A stretch of DNA of 60,526 nt, counting the filler, from Sphacelaria rigidula (taxonomy: Eukaryota), in NCBI GenBank assembly GCA_964200075.2. It is 5 parts of 5 records of this genome, joined end to end, with 100 filler letters (N's around TTAATTAATTAA, not from the genome) between each part and the next. Parts side by side here need not be neighbours in the genome. Positions count along the whole stretch, not along the records: positions 24,255 to 36,279 come from CAXNAA020004217.1; positions 36,380 to 48,403 come from CAXNAA020004218.1; 3 more parts are not named here. One strand, 5' to 3'. Every line of letters starts with the position of its first letter. The stretch's first letter is position 1. Position numbers and translations under genes: made by a program. The notes below the pieces were generated by a model. That model saw nothing but the letters and a program-made list of their open reading frames with translations, did no database searches and had not been told where the DNA came from. Below are positions 24,926 to 37,583 of the stretch, in pieces.

Positions 24926-26470
24926 TTGGCGCAACTAGCGGTCCAAGACGCCCAAGGGGGCGGGGAGCTGGCGCTGGCTGAGGGTGCCCGCAGTCAGCCG
25001 AGTTTTCGGTCGGGTGGGCTGGATCACCGGGAGTCAAAGAGGTGGGTGGCGCCTGATGGCCCTGGGGGGGTGTTGCAGGGTTGTGTTGCTCACGGTTCAC
25101 CCAAAGAGGAGAGTTGTCGGGCGGGGGGCAAGTCTTCGGGGACGGCAGACTCGGGGGACGGGTTCCTGTCGTTGCATACGGCGCATATTGCGCAGGGGTA
25201 TGCGAAACTCAAACTTGATTTGCTGGCTGACCTGCCGAAGTTGCCGTTATCTTCCACTCACAATATGCAGCAGTTGGTGGCGTTAGTTCAAGGGGTGAAA
25301 GATTCGGTGGCGGCCATGCGGCTCATTGTGGGGGATAACCACCCCACGCGTTGGACGCGGGGTTGGGAAAAGACCCTCCAAAAACATTTGCGGCGTGCCG
25401 TGCGGCCGGGGGCGCCGGACGCCCCGGGTATCGTGGCTCGGATCGGGGACGTAATTGCTCACATGTCTCGCTTGCAGGGGGAGGGGGCTTCTGGGCCCGA
25501 GGCTATGGCGTTTCTGGTGCGGGTGTTGAGCCGTGAATTGAGCAATCTGACACCTGACGCCGTGCTCCGGGAGTTGATCAATTTCCGGGCGGCGGAAGGG
25601 TCCTTGTTCGCCGATTATTTGCGCGACCTCCGGACTTTGGTGAGCAATGTTCAGTGTCTGGGGGCCGAGATGACTCCGGATCAGGCGCAAGTGCAGTCGG
25701 CAATTAAAACGGCCATTCAGGACCAGTTCCCCGGGATTAGCGGTCACGTGTTCGCTGGGCGCGATGATGGTGCGACGCCGTTCGACTCCCTCGAGTCGCT
25801 GATGGGCAAGTCGGACCAGTTCAGATACAACACGATGCGGGCGCACGCGCCGCGACTCGTGCAGGGTACTGGAGGGGGGCGGCGCGGAGCCGTCATCCGC
25901 CGAAGTCTGGTCAGGGTAGGTCTTGTAGCGGGGCCGTGATGAACATCGCCGAGATACGCGACTTCCCTGGCGAGGATCGGGAGATGGAATATGTGTATAT
26001 GGTGGGGCGGGCTAATTCGGACAGGTTCGGCAAAAACAGGGACCCTCCGTTCTGTGAGTCTTTCCCCACCCGCGAGCTGAAGAACAAAGCGCGGGAAGCA
26101 TTCGGGCCATATTGTCTCAACTGCGGCAGCGCCGACCACACTTTGGCTCGTGAGTATCCGAAAGCGTATATTAATAAATCGGGTTTAATACATCACTCGA
26201 TGGGTGAGGGGGGGGGGGGGGGTACCCATTTGTTACTTGCCTTAGTCGTTTGACCCTTGGCCACGCAGCCCTTTGGAGACGGAGCACCGTTCCTACTCCT
26301 AATAGAGACACCTCCAACATTCTGGCGCTCATTACTTTCTTTCCGTAGCTCGATTGGTGAGGGGACGCCGGAGGAAGTCCGCCAGAAATGGGTGCGGTGG
26401 CAGCGCCGCCTGCGCTCTTCCTTTATCGACAATTACCCTCAAAGGAATCGAGGGCGCGACGGTAAAGTTC
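24926..26470 (+). pseudogene. gag: gag (capsid plus degenerate zinc knuckle), disrupted
   Basis: Helical capsid-like ORF 24926-25939, then CLNCGSADH knuckle and KSGLIHHS|GEGTPEEVRQKWVRWQRRL, which is split by the 26212-26348 insertion. Confidence 0.7.
26212..26348 (-). mobile_element. Short poly(C)-tailed retroposon inserted in gag with 16-bp TSD
   Basis: Flanked by CTCGATGGGTGAGGGG (26196-26211) and CTCGATTGGTGAGGGG (26349-26364). A G15 run is followed by the family 3' end in reverse. Removal restores the gag frame. Confidence 0.85.
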
Positions 26471-27559
26471 TGGCCACTTTACCGGCAGCACAAGGGTCAG
26501 TGCAACATGATGCTCACAGGGCTCAAAAAGGTCGGTCGCCGGTGTCATTGGTTCCACAGCAGGCCGGGCCTGTCGTATGTGGCGAAATGTCTGTCATCTC
26601 CCGTCGGCACAGCGTGGACAATGGCACGGAGGCAGGGTGCAGTCTGCCTGGGGTTGTCGGTAAAGGTGCGGGGGGGAGGTTCTGTGTTGAAGGTAGCCGC
26701 GGGGTCTGATCAACGTTTGAGGGATACCTGCGAGACGGTGGCAGCCCCGGCGTTTTGTGCGAAGTCTGACGCGCACCGGTCTCGCGAGGTGGAAATCGAC
26801 CGAAGGGGAGGGGACAAGTCCTGGGGTAGCGCCCCGGGTGGTCTCTCTCCCTACAGTGGTGTGGGTGCGCGGGCACAAGGGCCACTAGTGCAGGCCTGCT
26901 GTCGCGGTGAGCGTTGCTTACGCCCGACAGACGCTAGGGACAAGGACGGTCCTGGTGTGACGGTACCGTCGAATGATTTGGAGAGCCCAACAGGTGAAGT
27001 CGTCCTGGGTGAGGGAAGCATGTCGCGTCACGGTGCTTGGGGCTCAAGATGTTCTCGGCGCTGTTACCCTCAGAAGGGGGCGGCTTCATGTGCTACCAAG
27101 TGGGGGCCTGCTCTCGCCGGCTCCGGGCCAGCCGGGGGCGGCCCAGGCTTTGACCGGCCATCCTTGCGGAGGATCTCGGTGGAGAGGGCAACCAGTCTCA
27201 ACACACTTTCGAAGGAGGTCACTTCGGAGACCACTGCGGGCTCGGTGCCTGGCAGTGTGGTTGATGTAGCCAACCACGTGAAACCGATTAGTCCCTCCCG
27301 TTGCACAGGAACAGCCGAGGCGGCTCACCCTGCACGATCTGTGGCTGGTGTGTCGGACAAAGGTAGTCCGATTTGCGGGGAAGAGCATATCTATGTTCTA
27401 GACCCGTCGGGAAATCGTTTGAATAGTGTAGATCCACCACCTCGTATCCCCGATCCCATCTCCTGTCAGGTGCCGCCCGGGCGGCAAGGGACGTTCTCAC
27501 CGGAAATAGCGGAGGTCTTCGGTGGATATGCATCCATCGACCGCGCTAGAAACGCGGCT

Positions 27560-30500
27560 GGGGTGAGGGTGTTTGACGGGCCTGAGGCAATCCGCATGTG
27601 GGATTGCTCGGCTTTGCTCGATAGTGGGAGTCCGGCGACGTTTATCCTAGAAAAGGTATGGATGTCTATTGTTGCGTACGGAGCTGGATCTGGTGACGCG
27701 ATGGGGGAGATTAATCCCGTGTCGTGGGGCGGGTTCATTGGGGTGCCTCTGAGAACATACTCACAGGTGCGTTTGAATATCCGTTTCGTGGACGGCTCAC
27801 GCAAAGGTCGGACAACAGGCACGAGTGCATGTTTCGCGATTTCCGCACAAATCGTCCCGGAGGGTACTATGTCGTTTGATTCGCTGCTGGGTCGCGATGG
27901 GTTGGCTCAGTTCCCGGTGCGCTCGTATCGTGATGTTAGTGATGATGAAACCATCATGTCGCTCGCAAGGCCCGCTATGGCTGTTGGGCCCACCCCGTTT
28001 GATCGCTGGGTCCAAAATGCCGTGGGCATGATTGAACAGTCGACGATGTCTGATGAGGAGGTTGTCGTGATTTTTTCAGGGGAATCTGAGTTGGCGGTAA
28101 CGCAGGAGTTGACGTGGGTACCCGTCACACTGCGTTCGACGGGGGGGGGGGCTGCCCCGGAAGGTAATTATTATATGTATTTCGAGGCGGGGTGGTTCCC
28201 GTCAGCAATGGTTGTGGAGGCGAGGGATTCAGTTATTCCTTCGCGGTTACAGATGTGGAGTGTGCGTTGGTCTTACCGGGGATGAAGTTGGGGTCAGCAG
28301 GGCAACCGTTGGTACCTTGCTCGCTAAATGATGCGACAATTTCCAGGTTGCCGGACCCGGCTTCGACCGCCGTTTTTGCAGTCGAGCCGGTACTGCCGGA
28401 GCCGCCGGAGGCCATGTTCGGTGATCTATGTGCGGAGAAGCGTGCCGCGTTCCGTCGATTGTGGGGACGTATCCCTCCTCACTTACATAGCATCACTTTC
28501 GGTTTACAGGGCAAGTACTGGCAGGTGGAAGATATTGATAAGTTGGCGGATGTGCTGTGCAAATAAATCCTCTCACATATTCTCGGTGAATAAAATGGGT
28601 TTGGGGTACTGTACGGTGGATCCGTTCAACATGGAGCTGAAGCCGGGGGCTAACCCCATCAAACAACGGCCGTACCGTCACAACCCGGCCACGCAACAGA
28701 AGGTGCAGGTTGAAATTGACCGGCTGTTAGCGGCGGGGCTCCTGCGACGTTCTTACTCCATTTGGAGCTCTCCGTTGGTAGTGGTGAACAAAAATGATGG
28801 AGGTATTCGGTTGACTTGCAATTATCGGAAGTTCAATGACGCCACTGTAATCCCGATCTTGCCCATTCCCACTATCGAGGAGCTGTTGGATGAGCTCGGG
28901 GGTGCCAAGATTTTCACTTCCCTGGATATTCTGTCGGGATGTTTCAACATCTCCTTGCACCTGGATACCATTCCACTGACCGCGGTGTGTACTCAATCGA
29001 GATTGTACGAATGGTTGGTGATGCCAATGGGATGCAGTGGGAGCCCGGGGTGCTTTCAATCCATCATGGCTCGGGTATGTGAGGGTCTGATGTGGTGCCG
29101 TTTGTACATATCGATGATATTTGCACGTTCAGTGAAAATGGGGCGGAACATGTGAATGATTGTCGGACGTTTTGGAACGCCTCACAAAATTCAACCTTAA
29201 ATTGGCGCCGAAGAAGGCTCACCTGGGGGCGGGGGAGGTCACTTTTCTTGGTCATCGCATCTCGGTGGACGGAATTTCGCCTGACTCTACGAAGGTTGAT
29301 GCGCTGCGCCTCATGCCAATGCCTACTTCCGTGACTGAGTTGCGTTCGCTGATGGGGGGGTTGAGTTACTACCGCAAGCTCATCCCTAAAATGGCGGCTC
29401 GCACCAAATCCATTAACGAGCTGTTGAAGAAGGGGGTTGACTTTCGTCTCACGCCGGAACATGAGGAACGGGGCGCGAAATTCTGGGAGGGTTGTCCGGT
29501 CCGAAAATTGTATCTTTTCTGGATTGCGGTGGAGCGGTGTCGGGGGATCGTCCTTTCAGGTTGGTCACGGACGCGAGCAAAGATGGTCTGGGGACGGTGG
29601 TGGAGCAACGCCATTCGGAAGGTGACGTGCGGCCGCTATGTTTTTTGAGCCGCAGTTCTTTGCCTAACGAGCGTAACTGGACGGCCACCGAGTTGGGCAC
29701 GGGGGCGATTGTTTGGGCGGACAAGAAAAACCGGCCGTTGTTCTATGGGATTCCTTCCCAAATTTTCAACGACCATCAATCGTTTCGCAGTTTGTTCAGT
29801 CTTGCGGAGAAAGTGACCAGGGTCCAGCGTTGGCAAGATTTTTTCAGTGCTTACATCTGTGACATTTTCTACAAGCCGGGGGTGGCCAAGTCCAACGCCG
29901 ACATGCTATAGCGCCTGCCTCTTGCTCATAGCGAAGACGATGTAAGTGGTCCCTTCCTCATCTCTGACCCGGCTTATTCAGATGATCACTTTATCGGGGC
30001 TAGCGGGGTGGCGCCCCGGGATTTTGGATCCTCCCATGTTGCCAGCTTGGATGGGCTTCCCTCTGTGGGGCCGGGTCCCCGTGCTTCAAGCGTGGATGGG
30101 CTTGCTTCCCGGGGTAATTTTCAGAGGGGGGAGAGTGGATATTCGGCTACTCCACTGACGTCGTCAGAGATAGCGGATGCCATATGGGATCGGATTCAGG
30201 AAAGACTTTAGTCATCGAGTTCTACACTGGGCTGGAAGGGACCGAAAGTGGTGAAGGATGACTCACGGCTTTTCTCCCCGAGTGTAACCGATATGGTGTG
30301 TGGGCAGTGGGAACAGGGCTTGTGCTTGCATGCTTGCCCCGTTACTGAAGTGGGTAAGTATTTGTTACACGAGACGGCGGGCTCGGAAGGTTTTGTGATC
30401 TGAGATGAGGAGGCGGGGTCGACCGAAGAGGACGGTTCAGGTACGCCGGCGCTCACTCTAGAGGCGGCGGAAGCGTGTAATTTTGGGGAGCAGTTGTGTG

Positions 30501-32665
30501 CCAAGTCTGCAAGGGACTGGGCGCAAATCCAACTTACTGATCTGACCGCTCGTACGACTGCCGTCTATCTCTCGCAGGGAAAGACCACACTCTCGAAGGG
30601 AGAGGGGAAAGCGTTGGGTAGCGGAATGAACGGGAAATAACTCCGAGCGTTGTTGAAACAAGGGGAATAGTTTGTGCTAGCGGACGGGGGGAAACTGTTC
30701 GTAGAAACGCTGGCCGTCGCGCCTTTGGAGTCGGAGGATCGGAAACCGGGTATTTTTGAGCGATACCTCGGAGACGAACCGGTGAAAACCTATGTCTCTT
30801 CGTTGCTGAGGCCTTGGGAAATGGACCAAACGCAAAAGGAAACAGTGCATCTGGGGGAAAAAGTGACTCTCGCTCTTCTGCAACGGTATCATTGGCAGAT
30901 GGGGATGAAAGAGAGGGTGAAATTCTGGATTCGACGATATTATTCATGTCAGGTCAAGAAATCTGATCGCTAAACGGTGCGGTGGCCTTTAGTCTCGCTG
31001 CCACTACCGAGTCGGCCAGGGAAAATGTTAGTTTTTGATTTCCTGGGCCCTTTGCTGAAAACTAAGAGGGGCAATCTGCTTCGTAGACACGCGGAGGGTT
31101 GCGCGATCACCTCTGAAGAGCACTCGGCTACCGGGTGTGCTGCAATTGTAGTGGGGGACTGTGTGCCACGATAGGGTTGCCCGCACACTTTCTTGTCGGA
31201 TGGGGGGGCAGAGTTCACTTCCGTGGTGAGTAGATCGGTGTATGAAATGATGGGTGCGGTAAAGCGGTTCACAAGCTCGTATCACCCCCACACGAATGGG
31301 ATGGCGGAGCGGTTGAATCACACCTTGTGCCAAATGGTGTCGTATTTGGTGGTGGACGATCAGAACAACTGGGATGAGTCTCTAACGCATGCGACCTCGG
31401 CACACGACAATAACATCAGTAGGGGTACCGGGTTGTCTTCAAATGAGGTACATACTGGACGCTACCCGCGCATGCCCATGACCATTCTGGAAGGTAGGGG
31501 GGTGCGGGGGCACCAGGGTTTGAAGGCCGATCAGCTGGATTATCTCCAGCTGATGAGAGATCGGCAGGTAAAGGCGTACGAGTTGGTGAGGCAAGAAGAT
31601 GTTTTTATCAAAGCAAGACATGAAGCCAAGAACAAGGGTATTGGGGGAATGGCAAACCGCGGGCCAAAATGGCAAGCGGGCCAGTGGGTAGTTGTGTATG
31701 ACGACAAAAGCACCATCGCCTCGGGGGGTAAGGCGATGCAGGTGACGTCATGTACCGCCCGGGCGTCTTTGGCTTTGTCAGCGAAGCTGGCTCAGTGTTG
31801 GACGGGGCCATACAAAGTTCTATTGGTTGGACCGGGGGTAACCTCGGAGGGTGAACAGGTGGGCAGTAATCTACTGTTGCTGGAGATTCGTCGAAACGAG
31901 GCAGGGATCAACATGAATTCCAGGGTGTCAGTGGTGATATGTAAGAGGTGTTACAACCCCCATGAGGGGCCGGACAAACCGAGATTTCTGCCCTGGGGGC
32001 TCAGTCAATATGTGATGGACAAATATTCTGAACGGTCGCCTCCTCTGCATCTCACGGTGGAAGACGTCACGATGGAGTTGGATACTCACAGAATTTTGCC
32101 GGATAAATTGGTGAAACACAGGTTGTCTCGGGGTTTGGGTGGTAGGCTGGCGGTACAATACCTCACGTATTGGGGCGGCTTGGATGTTCCTAGGTGGGAA
32201 CATGAAACTGACCTTGAACAGTACGGCCGGCAGGTAATTTTGAAGTATTGGTTGGGCAAACCCACACAGGTTGAAGGGGACAATGCGCAATACCGGAAAT
32301 ACCGCATTCACTTGTCGCGGCGCATATCAGCGCACGAACGGGGCGGATATTACGTGGCGCCGGGGTATAACGTGTCGGGACGGAGGAAGGATGGGCCCGA
32401 TGTGTACAACCCTGACATTGTGGGCGCTCACGTGTATCTTAAAACGGCTTCCGCAGGTTGGTAGTTGCCCGAGGTGGTGGGACTGGAGGAGAACCCAGGT
32501 CAGCGGGAGCGCCCGCACACTCTCCGCATGATGGATTTGGGACGTAAGTACGCCGTACATCTGAAGTGGGCCGCCCTCGATGAGAGCCGTGGTCAACCGG
32601 GGGACTGGTGTTGGCACATTCACATGTTGCGGAAAACCGCTGAATATTTCGCGCATGGCTGGTGA
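27560..32665 (+). pseudogene. pol: pol: aspartic protease, RT, RNase H, integrase, GPY/F, chromodomain and C-terminal extension (frameshifted)
   Basis: ALLDSGSPATFI; PIKQRPYR, FTSLDILSG, MPMG and YIDD (broken by a 2-bp frameshift); LVTDASKDGLG; HLGEKVT..SCQ, FDFLGPL, SDGGAEF, YHPHTNGMAERLN; WTGPYKV; QYLTYWGG..PRWEHETDL. Confidence 0.92.
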
Positions 32666-33530
32666 ATGGGCGGGAATCTTGTTTGGTGCTGGAACTGGTG
32701 TGGGCACATTTTCATGCGGCGGAACCGTCAAATCTTCCGCGCATGTGAGTGATGGGGTTGGATTAAATCGAGGTGGAACTAGACGTGGCGGACGTGCGAG
32801 GTTGGTGTTTGGAACAGGGCAATCATGGAGGGGAGGGGGGGGGTATCCGGAGCGCGTCGAGAAGATCTGTTTGGAGCGCCGCGAAGCTGCATGCAAGGAC
32901 GAGCAGGAAGACGACGCGAATGAGTGATGTAATGGCGGAAGCTCGGAGAAAATTTGACACATGTCCATTTGTGGTTTTTGCGTGGATCTTTTTTCGGTGG
33001 ATTGAAATTTTGAGCCGGAGCTACCGCTGTTTCACCGATTTCGCCACTCCTTGCGAGCGGTTGTGTCCGGAGGCGGTGGCTTTGGAAACTCGTAGCAACA
33101 TGAAATGTTTTTTTTGTTTCCGGAATGTCTTCATTCGTCCTTGTCTTGGTTTTGTGTTGTCTCATGTAGGATCTAGACTGATACCGTACTCTCGTCGAGT
33201 GTTTTCTGCTGTTTCTATTTTCGTCATGGTTGGATATCGAACCGGAACCGTCATCTCCGTCGATTTTTCACTCCTTGGAGGCGGACGTATCCGGAGTCGG
33301 TCGGTGTCCGGGGTCGGGATTGTTTTGGTTAGATACAGGACTAAAGTACAAGCAAGCGGGTCGGGGGTTAACATCTGAACTTGTTCCGGTCTATGTTGTT
33401 TGCACAAAGTAAGGTCCGTCTATGACCAAACTTTGTGTTCACAGGGTGGGCTGATGTGGTGCGCTCAGATTTCAGTGGACCATTAGATGAGAACATAGCC
33501 GGTAAATAACAGTGATGTGAATAAAAGGGG

Positions 33531-34144
33531 TGTTATCAGAGGTATACTGGAGTATGACTGCAGTACCGCACTGGGAAAGCTTTGACAGATTGTACAGGGT
33601 TGACACAGACAGATTTGATGTTGACACAGACAGGGTGATGCAGGAGTATTACACAGACCGTGCTGACGTGTATGCGAGAATGACAAGAGTCTTGGAGGTA
33701 TCCTTTGGCCAGAGGTGTCTTGATTGGATGCTTAGGGACGGTTGGGGGACGAATAGAGTAGCCAGGAGCTGTCGACATAGCCGATAGAATGTGACGACCC
33801 GGCGCGGTGCATCTTCTCGTGGTGTTTAGGAGTGGGTCGTGCAGAGTTTCGGGCACGCCCCACCCCCTTTCAGTTCTCACCATCCCCACAACAACTGGGC
33901 TTTGATTGCCTGCAAGAATACTAGGTGCTACTAAAAGATATATAAAACTCAGACGACTCAAGTTTTGGCTGCTTTCCTCCTGCAACTCCACCCATCTACA
34001 ACGAGATATCCTCGGCTATCACCACTGCAGCTCTCCTCAGCTCCGAGTGTTCATCCCACAACAGAAATACAGACATAAGAATCTACACGCGAGAAGCAGG
34101 AACCTCCGTGTCTCAAGAGCGTAATTCAGGTTCCTCAGATAATC
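33531..34144 (+). repeat. Candidate 3' LTR
   Basis: Purine tract GAATAAAAGGGG immediately before TGTTATCAGAGG. TATA-like ATATATAAAA near 33938. Degenerate inverted end CCTCAGATAATC at ~34133-34144. The 5' LTR is absent, so this cannot be confirmed. Confidence 0.55.
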
Positions 34145-36104
34145 GGGACTGTGCGATCGCGGGTATCATCACTGGGTTTTTCACGATAGTACAATACGAA
34201 TTCGGGATAAAGTAGTTTCCAGACTGGAAAACTGGCTGTACTCGACAAAAATAGTCGCAAGGGGGGGCAATCGAGCAGAAGTGAAACGTTTCGATAGCAG
34301 GCTGTGCTACAGTTCGCAGTAATATGCCTGCTTTCACCTCATTTGTTCAACTTGACATATTATCATGTTCTTGAGAAAGGTGGGAATATCAGCTTTGAGA
34401 CCGTGAAAAGATATTGCTTACCATGATCGCAGTTGCCCTTGTGGGGCCCCGTCCTCGGTAAAAAGCCTCCGCGCTTTGAGCTTCGCCAGGCGCTCTTTGA
34501 ACTCGTTTGCTGTTACCCTTGTCTTCGATCTTGGCCGTGACTGGTGTGGTTCAGTGTGCCAGCATTTCAGGTGGAGCCAATATGCGATGCTGCTTCTGGT
34601 TGTGGACTGAGGTGTACCACGGCAGATCACATACATACATGACCGTCTGCGGCCGTTGGGTCATTCCGATTAGTATTCGATATCTCGTACAGATGAGACC
34701 TAGTTGGCGACGTGTCCTCTGCAGGTCGTGTAGTTGGATAGACTAGCTTAGATCGAAGGGTGAGGCGATAAAGGAGGAATTGCCGGAGAACACATCGTCG
34801 TCATAATGGATTTCTCCCATTGCACCGCCTGTAGGTTTCACCGCTGTATAACCGTAACAAAGCAATGCACTGTTATTCCTTTCAAAAAAATGGAGGCGGT
34901 ATTTTTTTAAGAACAGGCGCCCCAACATTGCACACCTGGCGTCTGATGAAGCTGAAAGTCGACGTATGTGTGGGTTGAAGCCGGAGCTAGGTATCGACGC
35001 AGCAGTTTCGGTGATCCAATGTGTTTCAAGCGCAGCGTGGCCTGAGACCCATTTTTAGGCCGCTTCTTATAGACTTGAAAAAGTCTCTGAGGAAAGTCAT
35101 ATTGGTCAGTCTCCAGAGACTTTTTTCAGAACGCGACCTTATACAGTGTTACGCCGGGGGTTAGTGTCACGTTTCCCACCACCACCCCAAGATGAAGACG
35201 CGACGGAGTCTAAGACGTGTGAAGAAGGTTATATAGCAACTAAAGCGATACACGGCTGTAGTATGTATCTGAAGCTACCTTCTCATCCCAGTCCGGCTCG
35301 ATTCCACCCAGTATAGCCCACAAACCAGCGATGGACATCCCTGAAAAAAGTACTACTTTTTCGTACAAGCGAGAAAGTCATTTTCCAACATATCCGTCCT
35401 TCACGCGACAAAAGATTACTCACCACTGACTGACGCCACGAAGCCGAACCTTTACAGGCAGGTACTACTAGACGCCAGCCATCGTTCAAGCTGCGGTGAC
35501 TTCAACTGAGGGTCGAAACAGTGCAATATCTGAAGTAGATGATCTTCACTTCACCCCAACTTCACAATTTGTGACAAGGGTGTTGGCCGCCAAGAAGTGG
35601 AGGACTGGTAGGTACGCGTTTTTTCTGCATGGAGCAGTTTGATTTGTGTCGATAGCTGCCGTGTGCGTTGAGATATTGCCATCTCAGTGGCGGGTGTTAC
35701 AACATGTGAGGTGCGGCGTGAAAACCCATCGGGTTACATGTGATATCCACATTGAGCAGGTAGTAATTGCGCCGCGTCTATTTGGTCTACAGCGTGGGGA
35801 ATATCGTCTCTCGCAAGCATACATGCAACAATTAACACTGCCCGCCAGTGGGAAAGATGTTTCAGACATGTGCTTGTCATTGTCGCTTGGGCGGCGCATG
35901 AAGCGTGCCTACGGGATCGCCGCGCAAGGTGTAAACGCATGCTCGACTGATTGATTGATTGGTTACCTTACTTTAGCTGCTTGCTACAATCCGGCCCGAG
36001 GTCAGGAGCAGCAAGAATAGAACAGAATAATAAAAATAAAGAAGAAAGAAAGGACAAGAAAAAAACGGGAGCAACGGCCTTAGAAAGGAAAGAAAGGGGG
36101 CAAC

Positions 36105-36217
36105 GATAACAACAACAAAAACTACACCACCACCACCACCACCACCACCAAGCAACAAGAACAAAAACCACAAAACAACGACGAACAAACACATACACAT
36201 ACACATACACATACACA
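36105..36217. repeat. Compound microsatellite (AAC)n/(CAC)n/(ACACAT)n
   Basis: Direct reading. Confidence 0.85.
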
Positions 36218-36279
36218 ACAGTGTTTTCGTGAGATTGAGAGTAGATGATACGATTGAGAGTGGCTTTGATCATTCGCTT

Positions 36280-36379
36280 NNNNNNNNNNNNNNNNNNNNN
36301 NNNNNNNNNNNNNNNNNNNNNNNTTAATTAATTAANNNNNNNNNNNNNNNNNNNNNNNNNNNNNNNNNNNNNNNNNNNN
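36280..36379. other. Artificial contig linker
   Basis: N44-TTAATTAATTAA-N44. Confidence 0.98.
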
Positions 36380-36664
36380 GTACCGCTTATACGGCCTGTG
36401 CTGCACGTTCTGCTCTCTGCATGCTTAGCAGCCGATCGACCAAAAAGCTGATTTTGGAGGATGACATATACGCGCTTACTCGCAGTGCTGTAAGACTACG
36501 TAATCGGATCCTTGAGACACATACAATAGCTCAAACAAAGGGCCGTGCTCTTGTGCACACGCAGAAAAAAACAGAACGGAAAACGGTTAATATTTCGCGG
36601 AGATATGAACGATTAATACAACCTGTATCTTAATTGGCTCTATATCTTAATTGGTACATTTCCC

Positions 36665-37263
36665 TCTATTGAACACGCTTGCGGAGTAACATATTGAGCG
36701 TTTTCGGCAGGTAAAATACATCTTCGAGTGGCGCCCGCGAACAAAGAACTGTCCACCATACTAATTACTCTACATTTTCCAATCTACATGTTGAAATTAA
36801 TATATTTTTCTACACCATGTATTGTGACCGTCGGTTCCCTCGTGTATTGTCCGCCCAATATATATTGGACGCATTGACGCACGACATATTGGGGCGGCAA
36901 TATATATTGACTCTTCGGGTGTCGAGTATATTGAATCGTCAATATATATTGACCGAATGACCGAATTGAATCGTCAATATATATTGACCTCGGGTGGCAG
37001 CCAACATATTACACGACATATATATATTGGTGCCTTCTCGCACCAACGTATTACTCGGCCAATACATATTGAGGTGGCGCGTGTCGTGATACATTGTTCG
37101 GTCGATATATATTGCGTGTCGCGAGCCTTGACATATTGATGGCACAATATATATTAACCCTCTCTCGTGCCATCATATTGCTCGCCCAATATATATTGAC
37201 CACCCGACGCGTCGATATATTGAGCGGGCAATATATATTACATCTTGTATTGTCCAGGGTGTG
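36665..37263 (+). mobile_element. Partial copy (right end) of the CAATATATATTG-rich hAT element
   Basis: About 600 bp co-linear with 47300-47881, ending in the same TIR TATTGTCCAGGGTGTG. Left TIR not found. Confidence 0.8.
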
Positions 37264-37448
37264 CAATATATCCACCTGTATGTCGTTGACGCTCTTCCTT
37301 GTAGATCCAAGCAGCACATGCTTTCCATTCCTGCGGAAACCCACACGCGCGGGCGTACATTGGCGGAAACGCACGAAAGTGAGGAAACCTCCACACGTCT
37401 GATATGACACACACTAGATCATATGTTCACTTCAGAACAAATTTCTTA

Positions 37449-37583
37449 ACATGTCGTCAGATATTGCATTCGGTGTACAAAACAGCCAAAACGTCGTCGT
37501 GCTACATTCGGTTAAGATCACCTTTCTAAAACGTTGTCGAATCTCTGTTTGTGCAGGGAAAACTTCCCAAAAAGTTGTCGGAT
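37449..37583 (+). repeat. Degenerate ~40-bp periodic array (AAACGTYGTCRGAT core), 4 units
   Basis: Cores at 37449, 37489, 37529, 37570. Confidence 0.65.

Larger units (their letters stand above)
24255..34144 (+). mobile_element. Degenerate Ty3/Gypsy (chromodomain-bearing) LTR retrotransposon, 5' end cut by contig start
   Basis: Domain order gag-PR-RT-RNaseH-INT-chromo, many stops and frameshifts, PPT followed by a candidate 3' LTR. Confidence 0.92.

Noticed and set aside
26354-27560. N-terminal half of the 643-aa ORF as a separate novel protein
   Set aside because: Low-complexity gag-pol spacer reached through frameshifts; only the protease part is recognisable.
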